Below are positions 19,275-30,000 of a DNA stretch of 64,000 nucleotides, piece by piece (within the stretch, counting starts at the first letter, position 1; every line of letters starts with the position of its first letter). The stretch lies in the IMG/VR virus record IMGVR_UViG_3300023174_002851, positions 6,801-70,800 of that record. One strand, 5' to 3'. Made by a program: the position numbers and the translations under genes. This DNA is from a virus. Under the pieces are notes generated by a model, which worked only from the letters and a program-made list of their open reading frames with translations, did not search any database and was not told the DNA's origin.

Positions 19275-21608
19275 ATGACAACAATTACAGTAATTAAAAG
19301 AAATGGCGAGCGAGAGCCTCTAACAATCGAGAAGTGGCAGGCACAGGTAGCAAAGGTTTGTGCAGGTATTGCAGATGTAAGTCAATCAATGATTGAAATC
19401 AAAGCGCAGTTACATTTTTACGATGGTATCACAACTGAAGACATTGACGGTATCACACTAAGAGCCATTGTGGATCTTATTGACGTTGAACAAAATCCAG
19501 ACGTTGGACACACTAACTATCAATACGTAGCAGGTAAACAGAGATTATCGATGTTGCGTAAAGATGTCTATGGAAGTTATCAAGTCCCCCACCTTTATGA
19601 AATTGTCAAGAAAAATGTAGCCACAGGTCTTTACACTCCGGAACTACTTGAGTGGTATAGTGAAGATGATTGGAATCGAATGAATGATTTTATTGATCAC
19701 GCAAAAGACGAAGACTATGGATATGCTGCCATTGAACAGCTAATTGAGAAGTATCTTGTTAAAAATCGTGCCACAAAGGAGATTTATGAAACACCTCAAA
19801 TTAGATACATGGTCGCAGCCGCTACTGTGTTCCATAAAGAAGAGCCTAACGCCGCTCGTATGCGCTATATCAAAGAGTATTATAACGCTGCTTCAGATGG
19901 CCTGTTTACTCTTGCTACTCCCGTTCTGGCTGGTCTTGGAACTCCTACTAAGCAATTTAGTAGTTGCGTTCTTATTCGTAGCGATGATGATTTGGATTCC
20001 ATTTTTGCCTCTGGTGAAATGATGGCCAAGTATGCCAGCAAACGTGCAGGCATTGGTTTGGAAATTGGACGTCTACGATCATTGGGCTCTCCCATCAGAG
20101 GAGGGGAGATACAACATACAGGTATGATCCCATTCCTAAAGAAATGGTTTGGAGATTTAAGAAGTTGTTCACAAGGAGGCATTCGAAATGCTAGTGCTAC
20201 AGTTTTTTACCCTATCTGGCATCATCAGTTTGATGATCTTATTGTGCTTAAAAATAATCAAGGAACGGAAGAAACTCGTGTCCGTCACATGGACTACGGT
20301 GTGGTCTTGTCTGCGTTCTTCTGGAGACGATTCAAGAACAAAGAAAACATAACTTTCTTTGATCCAAACGAAGTGCCAGACTTGTATGAAGCCTTTTATA
20401 ACAATACAGATCGTTTTGAAGAACTGTATGTCAAGTATGAACGTCGTAAAGACCTACGCAAGAAAACTATGAGTGCTGAAGAAGTATTTAAGAGTGGTAT
20501 TCTGAAAGAGCGCACTGATACAGGACGTATCTATCTTGTGTTTATTGACAATGTCATGAACCAAGGACCGTTTGATCCTGAGTACCACACAATTTATCAA
20601 AGTAATTTATGCTGTGAAATCCTATTACCTACTAAACCTTTTAAGCGTCTTGATGATGCTGACGGCCGCATTGCTCTTTGCACACTCGGCTCAATCAACT
20701 GGGGGGCATTCCGTAATCCAGAAGACATGCGCCGTGCTTGCCGCATTCTACAGCGTAGTCTATGCAATATACTTGACTACCAAGATTTTTTAAGCATACA
20801 AAGCAAACTAAGCAATGATGAAATCCAACCATTGGGTATTGGTGTTACTAACCTAGCCTACTGGCATGCCAAGCGTGGATTCAAATATGGCGAAAAAGAT
20901 GCCTTGCAAGATGTTAAAAGTTGGATGGAACATCAAGCCTACTATTTGACAGAAGCCACAGTAGAGCTTGCCAAAGAACGTGGTGCATGTCTGCATAGTA
21001 GCAAGACACGCTACGGTCAAGGCACCTTCCCGTGGGAACTACGTGCTAAAGGTGCTAACGATCTAGCAGACTTTACACCTGAACTTGATTGGGAAACACT
21101 ACGCACACAAATGAAAGAGTACGGTGTTCGTAATGCTACTCTAATGGCAATTGCTCCTGTAGAGAGTTCAAGTGTTGTTATCAATTCAACTAATGGCATT
21201 GAAATGCCAATGAGTTTAATTAGCACTAAAGAGTCTAAGGCAGGTAGTTTTACACAGGTTGTTCCCGAGTATCATAAACTCAAGAACAAGTATCAACTGA
21301 TGTGGGAACAACGAGACTGCGACGGCTATTTAAAGACAGCGGCTGTACTAGCAGCTTACGTTGATCAGTCAATCAGTACAAACACATTCTACAACCCAGC
21401 ACACTTTCCAGATCGCAAAGTGCCAACTACATTGATTATTAAAAATCTAATGCAGGCTCATATCTGGGGATTGAAAACATTCTACTATAGTTTGATCAAC
21501 AAGGCTGGCAGTAAAGTAGTTGATGCAACGCCTGAGGTACATTACAACGGCTTCCACAATGAAAGAGAACTCATTGAAGACGACGACTGTGAGGCCTGCA
21601 AGCTATGA
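19275..21608 (+). CDS. nrdA: Ribonucleotide reductase class Ia alpha subunit with ATP cone
   Basis: VIKRNG ATP cone, QFSSC, SNLCCEI, GLKTFYY, C-terminal CEAC. Confidence 0.97.
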   Translation: MTTITVIKRNGEREPLTIEKWQAQVAKVCAGIADVSQSMIEIKAQLHFYDGITTEDIDGITLRAIVDLIDVEQNPDVGHTNYQYVAGKQRLSMLRKDVYGSYQVPHLYEIVKKNVATGLYTPELLEWYSEDDWNRMNDFIDHAKDEDYGYAAIEQLIEKYLVKNRATKEIYETPQIRYMVAAATVFHKEEPNAARMRYIKEYYNAASDGLFTLATPVLAGLGTPTKQFSSCVLIRSDDDLDSIFASGEMMAKYASKRAGIGLEIGRLRSLGSPIRGGEIQHTGMIPFLKKWFGDLRSCSQGGIRNASATVFYPIWHHQFDDLIVLKNNQGTEETRVRHMDYGVVLSAFFWRRFKNKENITFFDPNEVPDLYEAFYNNTDRFEELYVKYERRKDLRKKTMSAEEVFKSGILKERTDTGRIYLVFIDNVMNQGPFDPEYHTIYQSNLCCEILLPTKPFKRLDDADGRIALCTLGSINWGAFRNPEDMRRACRILQRSLCNILDYQDFLSIQSKLSNDEIQPLGIGVTNLAYWHAKRGFKYGEKDALQDVKSWMEHQAYYLTEATVELAKERGACLHSSKTRYGQGTFPWELRAKGANDLADFTPELDWETLRTQMKEYGVRNATLMAIAPVESSSVVINSTNGIEMPMSLISTKESKAGSFTQVVPEYHKLKNKYQLMWEQRDCDGYLKTAAVLAAYVDQSISTNTFYNPAHFPDRKVPTTLIIKNLMQAHIWGLKTFYYSLINKAGSKVVDATPEVHYNGFHNERELIEDDDCEACKL

Positions 21609-21985
21609 GTTACAGCGACAAGGTCATTGACCATTACGAAAATCCTCGTAATGTAGGATCGTTTGAAAAGGGTGATGACAGTGTTGGTACGGGTATGGTA
21701 GGAGCACCTGCTTGTGGCGACGTGATGAAACTACAGATAAAGGTGGATCATGATACAGGTATTATTACAGATGCAAAATTTAAAACGTATGGCTGCGGAT
21801 CGGCTATCGCAAGTTCGAGCCTTGTCACAGAGTGGCTCAAAGGAAAAACTCTCGACGAAGCCGGAACAATCAAAAACAAAGAGATAGCAGAAGAACTAGC
21901 ACTGCCTCCAGTAAAAATACATTGTAGTATTCTAGCAGAAGATGCTATCAAGGCAGCAGTAGAAGATTACAGAAAGAGACACTGA
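21605..21985 (+). CDS. iscU: Fe-S cluster scaffold IscU
   Basis: YENPRNVG, GAPACGD, FKTYGCGSAIA, LPPVKIHCS. Confidence 0.96.
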   Translation: MSYSDKVIDHYENPRNVGSFEKGDDSVGTGMVGAPACGDVMKLQIKVDHDTGIITDAKFKTYGCGSAIASSSLVTEWLKGKTLDEAGTIKNKEIAEELALPPVKIHCSILAEDAIKAAVEDYRKRH

Positions 21986-22605
21986 TGTTAGAAACAATAT
22001 GTGACATAATGGTAGACGCTTACAAGCGTAATTGGATTACCAGCCGTGATGGTAATGTAAGTATCCGTCATCACGACCGTGACCACTTTTACATTACTCC
22101 TAGTGGTGTACGTAAGCAGACACTACAGCCTGATCAATTTAAAAAGATCGCTATCTACAACAATGCATGGATGGAACTGGACTATACTGACATTAGTGCT
22201 AACTTAAAGCCCAGTGGAGAAATTCCATTGCACTTTGGTCTACAACGAGCAATGGGACAGCATAGCGGAGAAGTTCGTGTAGTTGTACACGTTCATCCTA
22301 CTTATTGCATTGCCGCTATGCATGCCGGTATTGATCTTAGCACTATCAGTGATGCGTTTCCAGAACTCAATCGTTATACCAAAGTAGCACCCAATGTTGG
22401 AGATGTGCCACCAATTAGTCAAGAGCTTGCAGACCAATGCCATAAGCAGTTACAATTAGACAACAACGGAAACATTGCCTATGACATTGTAGGTATCAAA
22501 GGACACGGGGTAGTCGCAATCGATACAAGTCCATGGCGTGCCTATGAGCACATAGAGAGATTAGAACACATTTGCAAGATAGTACTTGCATCAGGAAAAT
22601 ATTAA
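21985..22605 (+). CDS. Class II aldolase/adducin-family protein
   Basis: DGNVS, ITPSG, PSGEIPLH, HVHP, KGHG. Confidence 0.88.
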   Translation: MLETICDIMVDAYKRNWITSRDGNVSIRHHDRDHFYITPSGVRKQTLQPDQFKKIAIYNNAWMELDYTDISANLKPSGEIPLHFGLQRAMGQHSGEVRVVVHVHPTYCIAAMHAGIDLSTISDAFPELNRYTKVAPNVGDVPPISQELADQCHKQLQLDNNGNIAYDIVGIKGHGVVAIDTSPWRAYEHIERLEHICKIVLASGKY

Positions 22606-22606
22606 A

Positions 22607-23707
22607 ATGAGCAAAGAACAATACAACTTACACACAAAAACAGACTATCTAAATCGCAAGATGTTTTTAGATCCTGCTGGCCCAGTTACTATTCAACGTT
22701 TTGAAGAAGTAAAATATAAAAAGATTGCAGATTTTGAAGCTACTGCACGTGGCTTCTTTTGGCAACCAGAAGAAATCAGCCTAAGCAAGGACGCCAACGA
22801 CTTTAAGGATGCATCAGATGCAGTTAAACATATCTTCACTAGTAACCTGCTTAGGCAAACTGCTCTTGACAGTCTGCAAGGTCGCGGCCCAAGTCAAGTG
22901 TTTACTCCGGTCGTGAGTCTGCCAGAACTAGAAGCCCTAGTCTATAACTGGACTTTCTACGAAACAAACATTCACTCAAAGAGTTACAGTCACATTATCC
23001 GTAACATCTATAACGTGCCTAAGGAAGTTTTTAACACAATTCACGATACCAAAGAAATCGTTGAAATGGCGTCAAGTGTTGGCAACTATTATGATGCGTT
23101 GCACAAAGTAAACTGTCGTAAAGAAATTGGCGAAGTGGTGGATGAGAAAGAACACATCCGAGCAATCTGGATGGCGCTACATGCTAGCTATGCACTTGAA
23201 GCGTTCCGCTTTATGGTTAGCTTTGCTACAAGTCTAGCAATGGTAGAGAACAAGATTTTTATTGGTAATGGCAACATCATCAGCCTAATCCTGCAAGACG
23301 AACTGCTACACAAAGGATGGACTGCCTTCTTGATCAATCAAGTGGTCAAGGAAGACAGTCGTTTCGCACAGGCCAAAATAGATTGCGAAGCAGAAGTCTA
23401 CGCATTGTACATGGATGTAATCCGTGAAGAAAAAGACTGGGCAACCTATCTATTTAAAATGGGTCCGGTTATTGGATTAAATGCAAACATTCTCAAAGAC
23501 TTTGTGGATTATACAGCAGTCGGCGCATTAAAAGACATCGGTATCAAATATAATAACCCTGCTCCAAGAAGCACTCCTATTCCTTGGTTCAACAAACACG
23601 TAGATACCAGCAAGAAACAAACAGCATTACAAGAAAACGAAAGCACAAATTATGTAATTGGAGTTATGTCAGAAGGCATCGACTACGATCAACTGCCAGC
23701 TATATAA
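22607..23707 (+). CDS. nrdB: Ribonucleotide reductase class Ia beta subunit
   Basis: FFWQPEEI, ETNIHSKSY, DELLH, ALQE...Y. Confidence 0.96.
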   Translation: MSKEQYNLHTKTDYLNRKMFLDPAGPVTIQRFEEVKYKKIADFEATARGFFWQPEEISLSKDANDFKDASDAVKHIFTSNLLRQTALDSLQGRGPSQVFTPVVSLPELEALVYNWTFYETNIHSKSYSHIIRNIYNVPKEVFNTIHDTKEIVEMASSVGNYYDALHKVNCRKEIGEVVDEKEHIRAIWMALHASYALEAFRFMVSFATSLAMVENKIFIGNGNIISLILQDELLHKGWTAFLINQVVKEDSRFAQAKIDCEAEVYALYMDVIREEKDWATYLFKMGPVIGLNANILKDFVDYTAVGALKDIGIKYNNPAPRSTPIPWFNKHVDTSKKQTALQENESTNYVIGVMSEGIDYDQLPAI

Positions 23708-23725
23708 TATATTAAAGAGGTAAAC

Positions 23726-23956
23726 ATGAAAGCAATAGTATGGTCAAAGTATCAGTGCCCATATTGCGATCAAGCAAAAGCATTACTAAAATCTAAAGGT
23801 ATTGTATTTGAAGAGCGCAAAATCGGTGACGGTTGGACAAAAGAAGAATTACTAGAAGCTGTACCAACAGCAAGATCAGTACCACAGATTTTCTTAGACG
23901 AAGAATTGATTGGTGGTTTTACAGAATTAAAGAAAAGGTTAGAAGATGCTAATTGA
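23726..23956 (+). CDS. grxC: Glutaredoxin
   Basis: CPYC, SVPQIF, IGGF. Confidence 0.9.
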   Translation: MKAIVWSKYQCPYCDQAKALLKSKGIVFEERKIGDGWTKEELLEAVPTARSVPQIFLDEELIGGFTELKKRLEDAN

Positions 23957-24236
23957 TAAAGGCGTAACAGCCGGTGAAGTGGTAACAGTTAAATTGATCA
24001 ACGGTGACGAACTATTGACAAGATTAGTTGAAGAAAAAGATACACACTATACTGTATCAAAGCCAATGTTATTGACTGTGAATCAACAGGGAATTGGAAT
24101 GATGCCTTATATGTTTACTGTCGATCCAGATAAGGATATCAAAATCAATAGAGCATTAGTCATTGTTATTGCCAATGCTGAAAAAACATTTGCAAATCAA
24201 TACCTAGAAGGTACCACAGGCATTAAATTAGCCTAA
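23946..24236 (+). CDS. Small beta-barrel (Sm-like) phage protein
   Basis: TVKLINGDELL...C-terminal TGI pattern. Confidence 0.55.
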   Translation: MLIDKGVTAGEVVTVKLINGDELLTRLVEEKDTHYTVSKPMLLTVNQQGIGMMPYMFTVDPDKDIKINRALVIVIANAEKTFANQYLEGTTGIKLA

Positions 24237-24245
24237 GGAGTAGAT

Positions 24246-24560
24246 ATGCCAGGAATTGCTAGAGCCAGCGGAACAGACACAGTTGCTAGTCCGCACGGAA
24301 CAGGAAGAAATTGTACAAGTCCCACCACACAGGCAACAGCCGCAGGGTCGGGTGACATCATTGTCAACAACAAAGGTGTTGTCCGTGAAGGTGATGCAAT
24401 GACCACTCACAATCAACCTGGCTGTACTCCCCATGCACCTGGACTGAGCAGTTTCAGTGGAACTGTATATGCTAACGGTAAACGAGTTGGCCGAGTCGGT
24501 GATGCCTACGGTGGCGAACACAAGATCACTTCTGGTAGCGCAGACATAATTGTAGGATAA
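24246..24560 (+). CDS. PAAR-domain spike-tip protein
   Basis: PGIAR, VVREGD, VGRVGD repeats; His/Cys ligands. Confidence 0.85.
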   Translation: MPGIARASGTDTVASPHGTGRNCTSPTTQATAAGSGDIIVNNKGVVREGDAMTTHNQPGCTPHAPGLSSFSGTVYANGKRVGRVGDAYGGEHKITSGSADIIVG

Positions 24561-24562
24561 CA

Positions 24563-24973
24563 ATGAGAAAACTATTTTGGAATGCTGTAGGATTTTTAAG
24601 TTTAGGAATGGCCTATATTGGATTTGTTACTCCTGGTATTCCTTTTAGTATTTTCTTAGTTTTTTCAGCTTATTGTTTTGCCAAAGTCAATCCCAAGATG
24701 CATGCCTGGCTCTACAATCACAAATGGTTTGGACCGTTCCTAACCAATTGGGGCGAAAAACGAGTATTTCCAAAAAGTGGTAAAGTACTAATGGTACTCA
24801 TGATGGAAAGCAGTTTGATCATCATGTGGTTTACAACTCACAATGTCAAGGCAGTGGTGGCAACAGGCATAACTATGTTACTAGTTGCTATATGGGCTTG
24901 GCGTTATCCAAGCACAGTAGAAGAATTCACTCGTAGAAAAAATGATGGAAAGAAAATAGGATGGCTAAAGTAA
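24563..24973 (+). CDS. YbaN/DUF454 membrane protein
   Basis: AYIG..TPGIP..FL..SAYCF...WLYNHKWFGP. Confidence 0.8.
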   Translation: MRKLFWNAVGFLSLGMAYIGFVTPGIPFSIFLVFSAYCFAKVNPKMHAWLYNHKWFGPFLTNWGEKRVFPKSGKVLMVLMMESSLIIMWFTTHNVKAVVATGITMLLVAIWAWRYPSTVEEFTRRKNDGKKIGWLK

Positions 24974-25617
24974 ATAATTTCAGTGTAACTCCGTTATTTG
25001 CAATTCCTTTATATCAAACTTCTCTAGGAAGTCTTGATGTCAAAATGAAAGATTTCATCATAAACACAGAATTTGAAAGGATGCCTGCCAACAACGGCGA
25101 CTATTCTGTAAACAAATATATCCTAGATTGTCCAGAACTTGCAGGTCTTAAAGAAAAGATCATGACACACGTACATAACTTTGTCTACGAAGTTCTAGAC
25201 TCCAAAAAGAATATGGATTTTCAAATGGAGAACAGCTGGGTCAACAGACATTACAGCAACGACTTCTCCGGAGAACACTATCACGGAAACAGCCTAATCA
25301 GCGGAGTTTACTATATAGAAACTACTCCAGACTCCGGAGCCATTGTATTTCACAAAGATAAAGGTAACTATAATCTTTGGACAGAAACAATTCGAGTAGA
25401 TTTTAACTATCAAGATAACTTCGACGAAGGTAAACTAAATGTTTACAATGCACAGGGTTGGGGACTGCGTCCCAAGAAAAACGACCTAGTGCTATTTCCC
25501 TCATTGCTAAATCATTCGGTAGAAGACAACCGATCTGATATAGTAAGATATAGTTTGGCCTTTAACATTTTCCCAAGGGGAAAAGCGGGCGGGCCTATAA
25601 ACACGCTAACTGTGTAA
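24961..25617 (+). CDS. 2OG-Fe(II) oxygenase (TIGR02466-like)
   Basis: SWVN, HYH..S.ISGVYY, LFPS.LNH, RYSLAFN. Confidence 0.82.
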   Translation: MAKVNNFSVTPLFAIPLYQTSLGSLDVKMKDFIINTEFERMPANNGDYSVNKYILDCPELAGLKEKIMTHVHNFVYEVLDSKKNMDFQMENSWVNRHYSNDFSGEHYHGNSLISGVYYIETTPDSGAIVFHKDKGNYNLWTETIRVDFNYQDNFDEGKLNVYNAQGWGLRPKKNDLVLFPSLLNHSVEDNRSDIVRYSLAFNIFPRGKAGGPINTLTV

Positions 25618-25671
25618 ACTATTTTTGCTCTTTAGGCGTTAAATATAAACAAGCTCTTAAAGGAGACGAGT

Positions 25672-25974
25672 ATGAACAAAATTTTAGCTACATTTTTGAT
25701 ATTGATTTCTAGTTCTGCATTTGCAGACCCACACCATGGACATGGTTATGGACACGGGTACGGACACAGATACAACCAAAATTGGAATTGGGTTGCTCCG
25801 GCAATTATTGGAGGGGCTGTAGTGTATGCCGCTACAAGACCCGTGGTTGTTCAACCGCAGCCAGTAATAGTTCAACAGCAACCAATCGACGTTATCTATA
25901 TCGATGGGTTTGCATACCGTAGACAAATTATGGTAATCAACGGGGTTGCACAAGAAGTACTTGTGAAGCTATAA
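25672..25974 (+). CDS. Secreted His/Gly-rich small protein
   Basis: Signal peptide; HHGHGYGHGYGH; WVAPAIIGG. Confidence 0.6.
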   Translation: MNKILATFLILISSSAFADPHHGHGYGHGYGHRYNQNWNWVAPAIIGGAVVYAATRPVVVQPQPVIVQQQPIDVIYIDGFAYRRQIMVINGVAQEVLVKL

Positions 25975-26004
25975 TATAGATTGAAATAACAAAAAGGTAA
26001 TACA

Positions 26005-26208
26005 ATGGTAACAGGTAAAGTAAAATGGTTTAATGATGCAAAAGGTTTTGGATTCATTACTCCAGATCAAGGTGGCGCAGATGTATTTGCACACTTTTCG
26101 CAAATCAATTCAAGTGGCTTCAAGAGCTTGAAAGAAGGACAATCAGTGAGTTTTGAACTTACTGTAGGGCCAAAAGGCGAGCAGGCTAGCAATATCCAGC
26201 CAGCCTAA
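26005..26208 (+). CDS. cspA: Cold-shock protein
   Basis: GKVKWFN..KGFGFI, VFAHFS. Confidence 0.95.
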   Translation: MVTGKVKWFNDAKGFGFITPDQGGADVFAHFSQINSSGFKSLKEGQSVSFELTVGPKGEQASNIQPA

Positions 26209-26209
26209 G

Positions 26210-26590
<381 letters not shown>

Positions 26591-26592
26591 CC

Positions 26593-26619
26593 AAAAAGCG
26601 GCAGAAATGTCGCTTTTTT
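26593..26619 (+). terminator. Intrinsic terminator after tmRNA
   Basis: AAAAAGCGGCA-GAAA-TGTCGCTTTTTT. Confidence 0.75.
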
Positions 26620-26689
26620 CTTGACTATTTGTAGTCATGAGCTATATAATAGTTGATACTGTTTTAACAGTTACACAAAAGGAGATTTT

Positions 26690-27142
26690 ATGAAGAAATT
26701 AGCAATCGCATCAATGTTGGCATTGGCCGCATTTTCAGCAAGTGCTGTAGAAGTTGGAGTCAACGGCAGCTACGATTTTGGCGGATCAAATGATCGTCCA
26801 GGCGCAGGCGTTACTGTAGGCCAAAAGTTTAACAAATTTGGCGTAACAGCAGGATTTGATCGTTACACCAAAGGTGGCGATACTAACAAGTACAGCCTAG
26901 TTGGCTCATACGATGTTGCCACTATTGCCACTGCTACAGTTGCAGTTAAAGCAGGTGTTGCATACGTTGATAATACTGGCCGTACCGCTGACGGTTATGC
27001 CGCACTAGTTGGTGCAGGTGTTAGCTATCCATTGACAACAAAATTGGCTGCTACAGTTGACTATCGCTATCAAGCTGGTCAAAGCAAGATCAACAGCCAA
27101 GACGGTAGCACAGTTTCTGCTGGTATCAAGTATTCATTCTAA
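26690..27142 (+). CDS. Outer-membrane beta-barrel protein (OmpA/Ail/Lom-like)
   Basis: Signal peptide; alternating beta-strands; C-terminal KYSF. Confidence 0.8.
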   Translation: MKKLAIASMLALAAFSASAVEVGVNGSYDFGGSNDRPGAGVTVGQKFNKFGVTAGFDRYTKGGDTNKYSLVGSYDVATIATATVAVKAGVAYVDNTGRTADGYAALVGAGVSYPLTTKLAATVDYRYQAGQSKINSQDGSTVSAGIKYSF

Positions 27143-27158
27143 TTTAATTAGATATTAC

Positions 27159-27195
27159 AAAGGGGCTTGACGGCCCCTTTCTTTTTCTATATAAT
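27159..27195 (+). terminator. Terminator whose loop is the -35 hexamer of the next promoter
   Basis: AAAGGGGC-TTGACG-GCCCCTTT with TATAAT 17 nt after TTGACG. Confidence 0.65.
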
Positions 27196-27201
27196 ATAAC
27201 A

Positions 27202-27984
27202 ATGACAACAGAATTGATTATTGTAGGCGGATGTCGAATTCCTGTAACTGACGATATTCAAGCCAACAAAGAAGAAATAAAAAAAGCTATTGACTGGGCG
27301 GCGAACGAACATGTCGAATTGTTCAGCACACCAGAATGCTCTCTTAGCGGCTATATGTGGAAGCCAGACAGTCAAGATGATCCACGCATTGAAGAATTAG
27401 ATCTTGCTCTACAAGAAGTCATGGCCTATTCTAAAGAAAAAGCCGTTGACCTTGTGCTAGGTACCGCATGGTTTGATGAAAAAGATCAATGGCGCAATAC
27501 TCAGGCATTTATTGTTGACGGAGAGTGTCGTCAGGTACACTATAAAAATTTATTGTACCATCAGGAAAAAGAAATCTACGTTGCAGGCACAGAAGTTGGT
27601 TGGATGAACTATAAAGGTTTTAGAGTGGCTGGCATGATATGCAACGACTATTGGAGTCATCCACAGGCCTTCCCAGGGGAATCTGCCAAGCTGCTAAATT
27701 ATCTCAAAGATAATCAAATGGACATAGTATTCCTTAGTGCATTTATGCCGCAGATGGATGCCATGCAAGAATTCATTTACAATTTCAATGAAGCCAGCAT
27801 CAGTTTGATCAGCGCCTACAGTTTCTTTGACACAGTGGTCAGTGATGTTGCCAATGGTTACAAAAATACAGCCTGCGGAATGGTTGATGGGGATAATGGC
27901 AAATGGATTATTAGGGCCAAAGATACAGAAACAGACTATTTCAAAGATGTACTTTGTAAGAGAGTACACGTTAAACGTTATTGA
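27202..27984 (+). CDS. Carbon-nitrogen hydrolase (nitrilase superfamily)
   Basis: Glu-Lys-Cys triad: TPECSLSGY, YKN, ICND. Confidence 0.8.
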   Translation: MTTELIIVGGCRIPVTDDIQANKEEIKKAIDWAANEHVELFSTPECSLSGYMWKPDSQDDPRIEELDLALQEVMAYSKEKAVDLVLGTAWFDEKDQWRNTQAFIVDGECRQVHYKNLLYHQEKEIYVAGTEVGWMNYKGFRVAGMICNDYWSHPQAFPGESAKLLNYLKDNQMDIVFLSAFMPQMDAMQEFIYNFNEASISLISAYSFFDTVVSDVANGYKNTACGMVDGDNGKWIIRAKDTETDYFKDVLCKRVHVKRY

Positions 27985-28057
27985 TTTTTTCTATAATCGT
28001 TATTAAAATAATTATTGTAAAAACCTATTGATTTTGCATTTCAATAGACTATATAAT
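27980..28057 (+). promoter_or_regulatory. OxyR/LysR-like site and promoter upstream of ahpC
   Basis: ATTG-N7-CTAT at 27980-27994 and 28014-28028; TATAAT at 28052. Confidence 0.5.
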
Positions 28058-28111
28058 ATACACATAGAACACACGTTCTTATAAGTTTTTCATCACACAC
28101 AAGGAGACAAT

Positions 28112-28651
28112 ATGAAAACAGTTGGAGAGAGATTAGATCCGTTCGTGGTTACAGGAGTTCGTCCAGGACAGCTAGAAGATGCATTTTTTGACATCACAGA
28201 AAAATCATTCGAAGGCAAGTGGAAGGTAATTGTTTACTATCCAAAAGACTTCACATTCGTTTGCCCTACAGAAATTGTAGCCTATGACAAACTAACAAGC
28301 GACTTCGCTGACCGTGACGCAGTATTGCTAACAGGCAGCACAGACAATGAGTTCTGCAAAGTGGCTTGGCAAAAGGCACATGCAGATCTACAAAAGATCA
28401 CTCACACACAGTTTGCAGACACAGCCCGTGATGACCGCAGCCTAGTTCATCAGTTAGGTGTATTTTACTGGCCAGCTGGTGCCGCACTTCGTGCTACATT
28501 CATTGTTGATCCAAACAATGAAATCCAACACGTTAGCGTAAACAACTTGAATGTTGGTCGTAGCCCAGAAGAAACATTACGTATTCTTGATGCATTGCAA
28601 ACTGGCGAACTATGTGCCTGTAACCGTACTGTAGGCGGAGAGACACTATAA
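28112..28651 (+). CDS. ahpC: Peroxiredoxin AhpC
   Basis: YPKDFTFVCPTEI; GELC. Confidence 0.95.
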   Translation: MKTVGERLDPFVVTGVRPGQLEDAFFDITEKSFEGKWKVIVYYPKDFTFVCPTEIVAYDKLTSDFADRDAVLLTGSTDNEFCKVAWQKAHADLQKITHTQFADTARDDRSLVHQLGVFYWPAGAALRATFIVDPNNEIQHVSVNNLNVGRSPEETLRILDALQTGELCACNRTVGGETL

Positions 28652-29313
28652 TGTTAGAAATGCTCTGGGCCTTAGCGGCCATTATATTGATTGATGTAGT
28701 GCTCGGCGGCGAGAATGCTTTGGTTATTGCAATGGCTTCAAGACAACTACCAGAGCATTTACGCAAACGTGCCATGTTATGGGGCACGTTCGGTGCAGTA
28801 GCAGTTCGATTTGCCAGTGTTGCTGTTCTTACTTACTTGTTGATGATTCCAGGTCTGCGACTTGTAGGCGGTCTTGCTTTAATCTATATCGCCTGGAAGT
28901 TGACGTCTAACAATCAAGATCACAGCAATGTAAAAACAGCCGCTACCTTCTGGGGCGCAATGGGTACTATTGTTTGGGCCGATGCAGTTATGGGCCTAGA
29001 TAATGCACTGGCCATTGCAGGTGCCGCGGGTGGTAATTGGTGGTTGATTATATTTGGTTTGTTAGTTAGTGTGCCTATCATCTTGTTTGGTAGCACACTG
29101 GTTGCTCGACTTATAGACAAATATCCAGACTGTGTTTTCGTTGGAGCATTTGTTTTATACGTAGTAGCAATCAAAATGATTGTACATGAGCCATTTATTG
29201 ATAATCATCTTGATCCAATGCATGACTTTTATGAAAATGTACTGCCTTGGGCAGGCGGACTTGTACTAACTGCTAAACAGTATTATAGAACTAACATTAG
29301 GAGAATAGAATGA
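28651..29313 (+). CDS. TerC/YjbE family membrane protein
   Basis: IDVVLGGENALVI, ADAVMGLDNALA. Confidence 0.88.
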   Translation: MLEMLWALAAIILIDVVLGGENALVIAMASRQLPEHLRKRAMLWGTFGAVAVRFASVAVLTYLLMIPGLRLVGGLALIYIAWKLTSNNQDHSNVKTAATFWGAMGTIVWADAVMGLDNALAIAGAAGGNWWLIIFGLLVSVPIILFGSTLVARLIDKYPDCVFVGAFVLYVVAIKMIVHEPFIDNHLDPMHDFYENVLPWAGGLVLTAKQYYRTNIRRIE

Positions 29314-29816
29314 GTTTTGTTGAATCTATTAAAGGTGCGTTGCCAGACTATGCAAAAGACACCAAGTTAAATCTTGACGCTGTCCTGCTACGTAGTACCT
29401 TAGATGCTGATGTGGCCATGGGATGTGCTGTGGCCGCACTCGCTGCAACAGGCAACGGTAAGGTACTTGGCGTTATGTTAGCAGATGCTCCTGTTCACGC
29501 AGATGCCGCAATGACAGCCGCAAGTATTATGGCACAGAACAATGTATGGTATCCTTACGTTGAGATGGCCGATGATCCTGCCCTAAAAGGATTGCCTGCA
29601 CAGTTACGTATGAACGCTATTGCAAGTCATGGCGGGACTACCAAGTCAAACTTTGAAGCATTTAGTTTGGCCGCGAGTATTGTGGGCAAATGCGAGTTTT
29701 GCGTAAAAGCCCATTATGACACATTAAAAACGGAAGGCTATACTGTGGAACAACTTCGTGACATTGGACGTATTGCCAGTGTTATGAACTCAGTAGCTAA
29801 AGTTTTAAACAGTTAA
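29310..29816 (+). CDS. ahpD: Alkyl hydroperoxide reductase AhpD
   Basis: PDYAKD.KLN; CEFCVKAH. Confidence 0.9.
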   Translation: MSFVESIKGALPDYAKDTKLNLDAVLLRSTLDADVAMGCAVAALAATGNGKVLGVMLADAPVHADAAMTAASIMAQNNVWYPYVEMADDPALKGLPAQLRMNAIASHGGTTKSNFEAFSLAASIVGKCEFCVKAHYDTLKTEGYTVEQLRDIGRIASVMNSVAKVLNS

Positions 29817-29839
29817 ATAAAGTATAGGAGGACTCAACC

Positions 29840-29998
29840 ATGAAACAGAAAAAGCTATTAGCCAAACTGTACAGGGCTTGCGTCGACCACGATACAGAAA
29901 CGGTTTCCAAACTTCGTAAAAAAGAGTTTGCTAAGATACTGAAACACAAGGCCGAAGGCAAACCATTTACAGCTAAATGGACCTTGGTAAGGATTTAA
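29840..29998 (+). CDS. Small basic hypothetical protein (52 aa)
   Basis: SD AGGAGG; MKQKKLLAKLYRAC... Confidence 0.55.
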   Translation: MKQKKLLAKLYRACVDHDTETVSKLRKKEFAKILKHKAEGKPFTAKWTLVRI

Positions 29999-30000
29999 GT

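Noticed and set aside
19275-23707. Intron or intein in nrdA/nrdB
   Set aside because: Both are uninterrupted and of normal length
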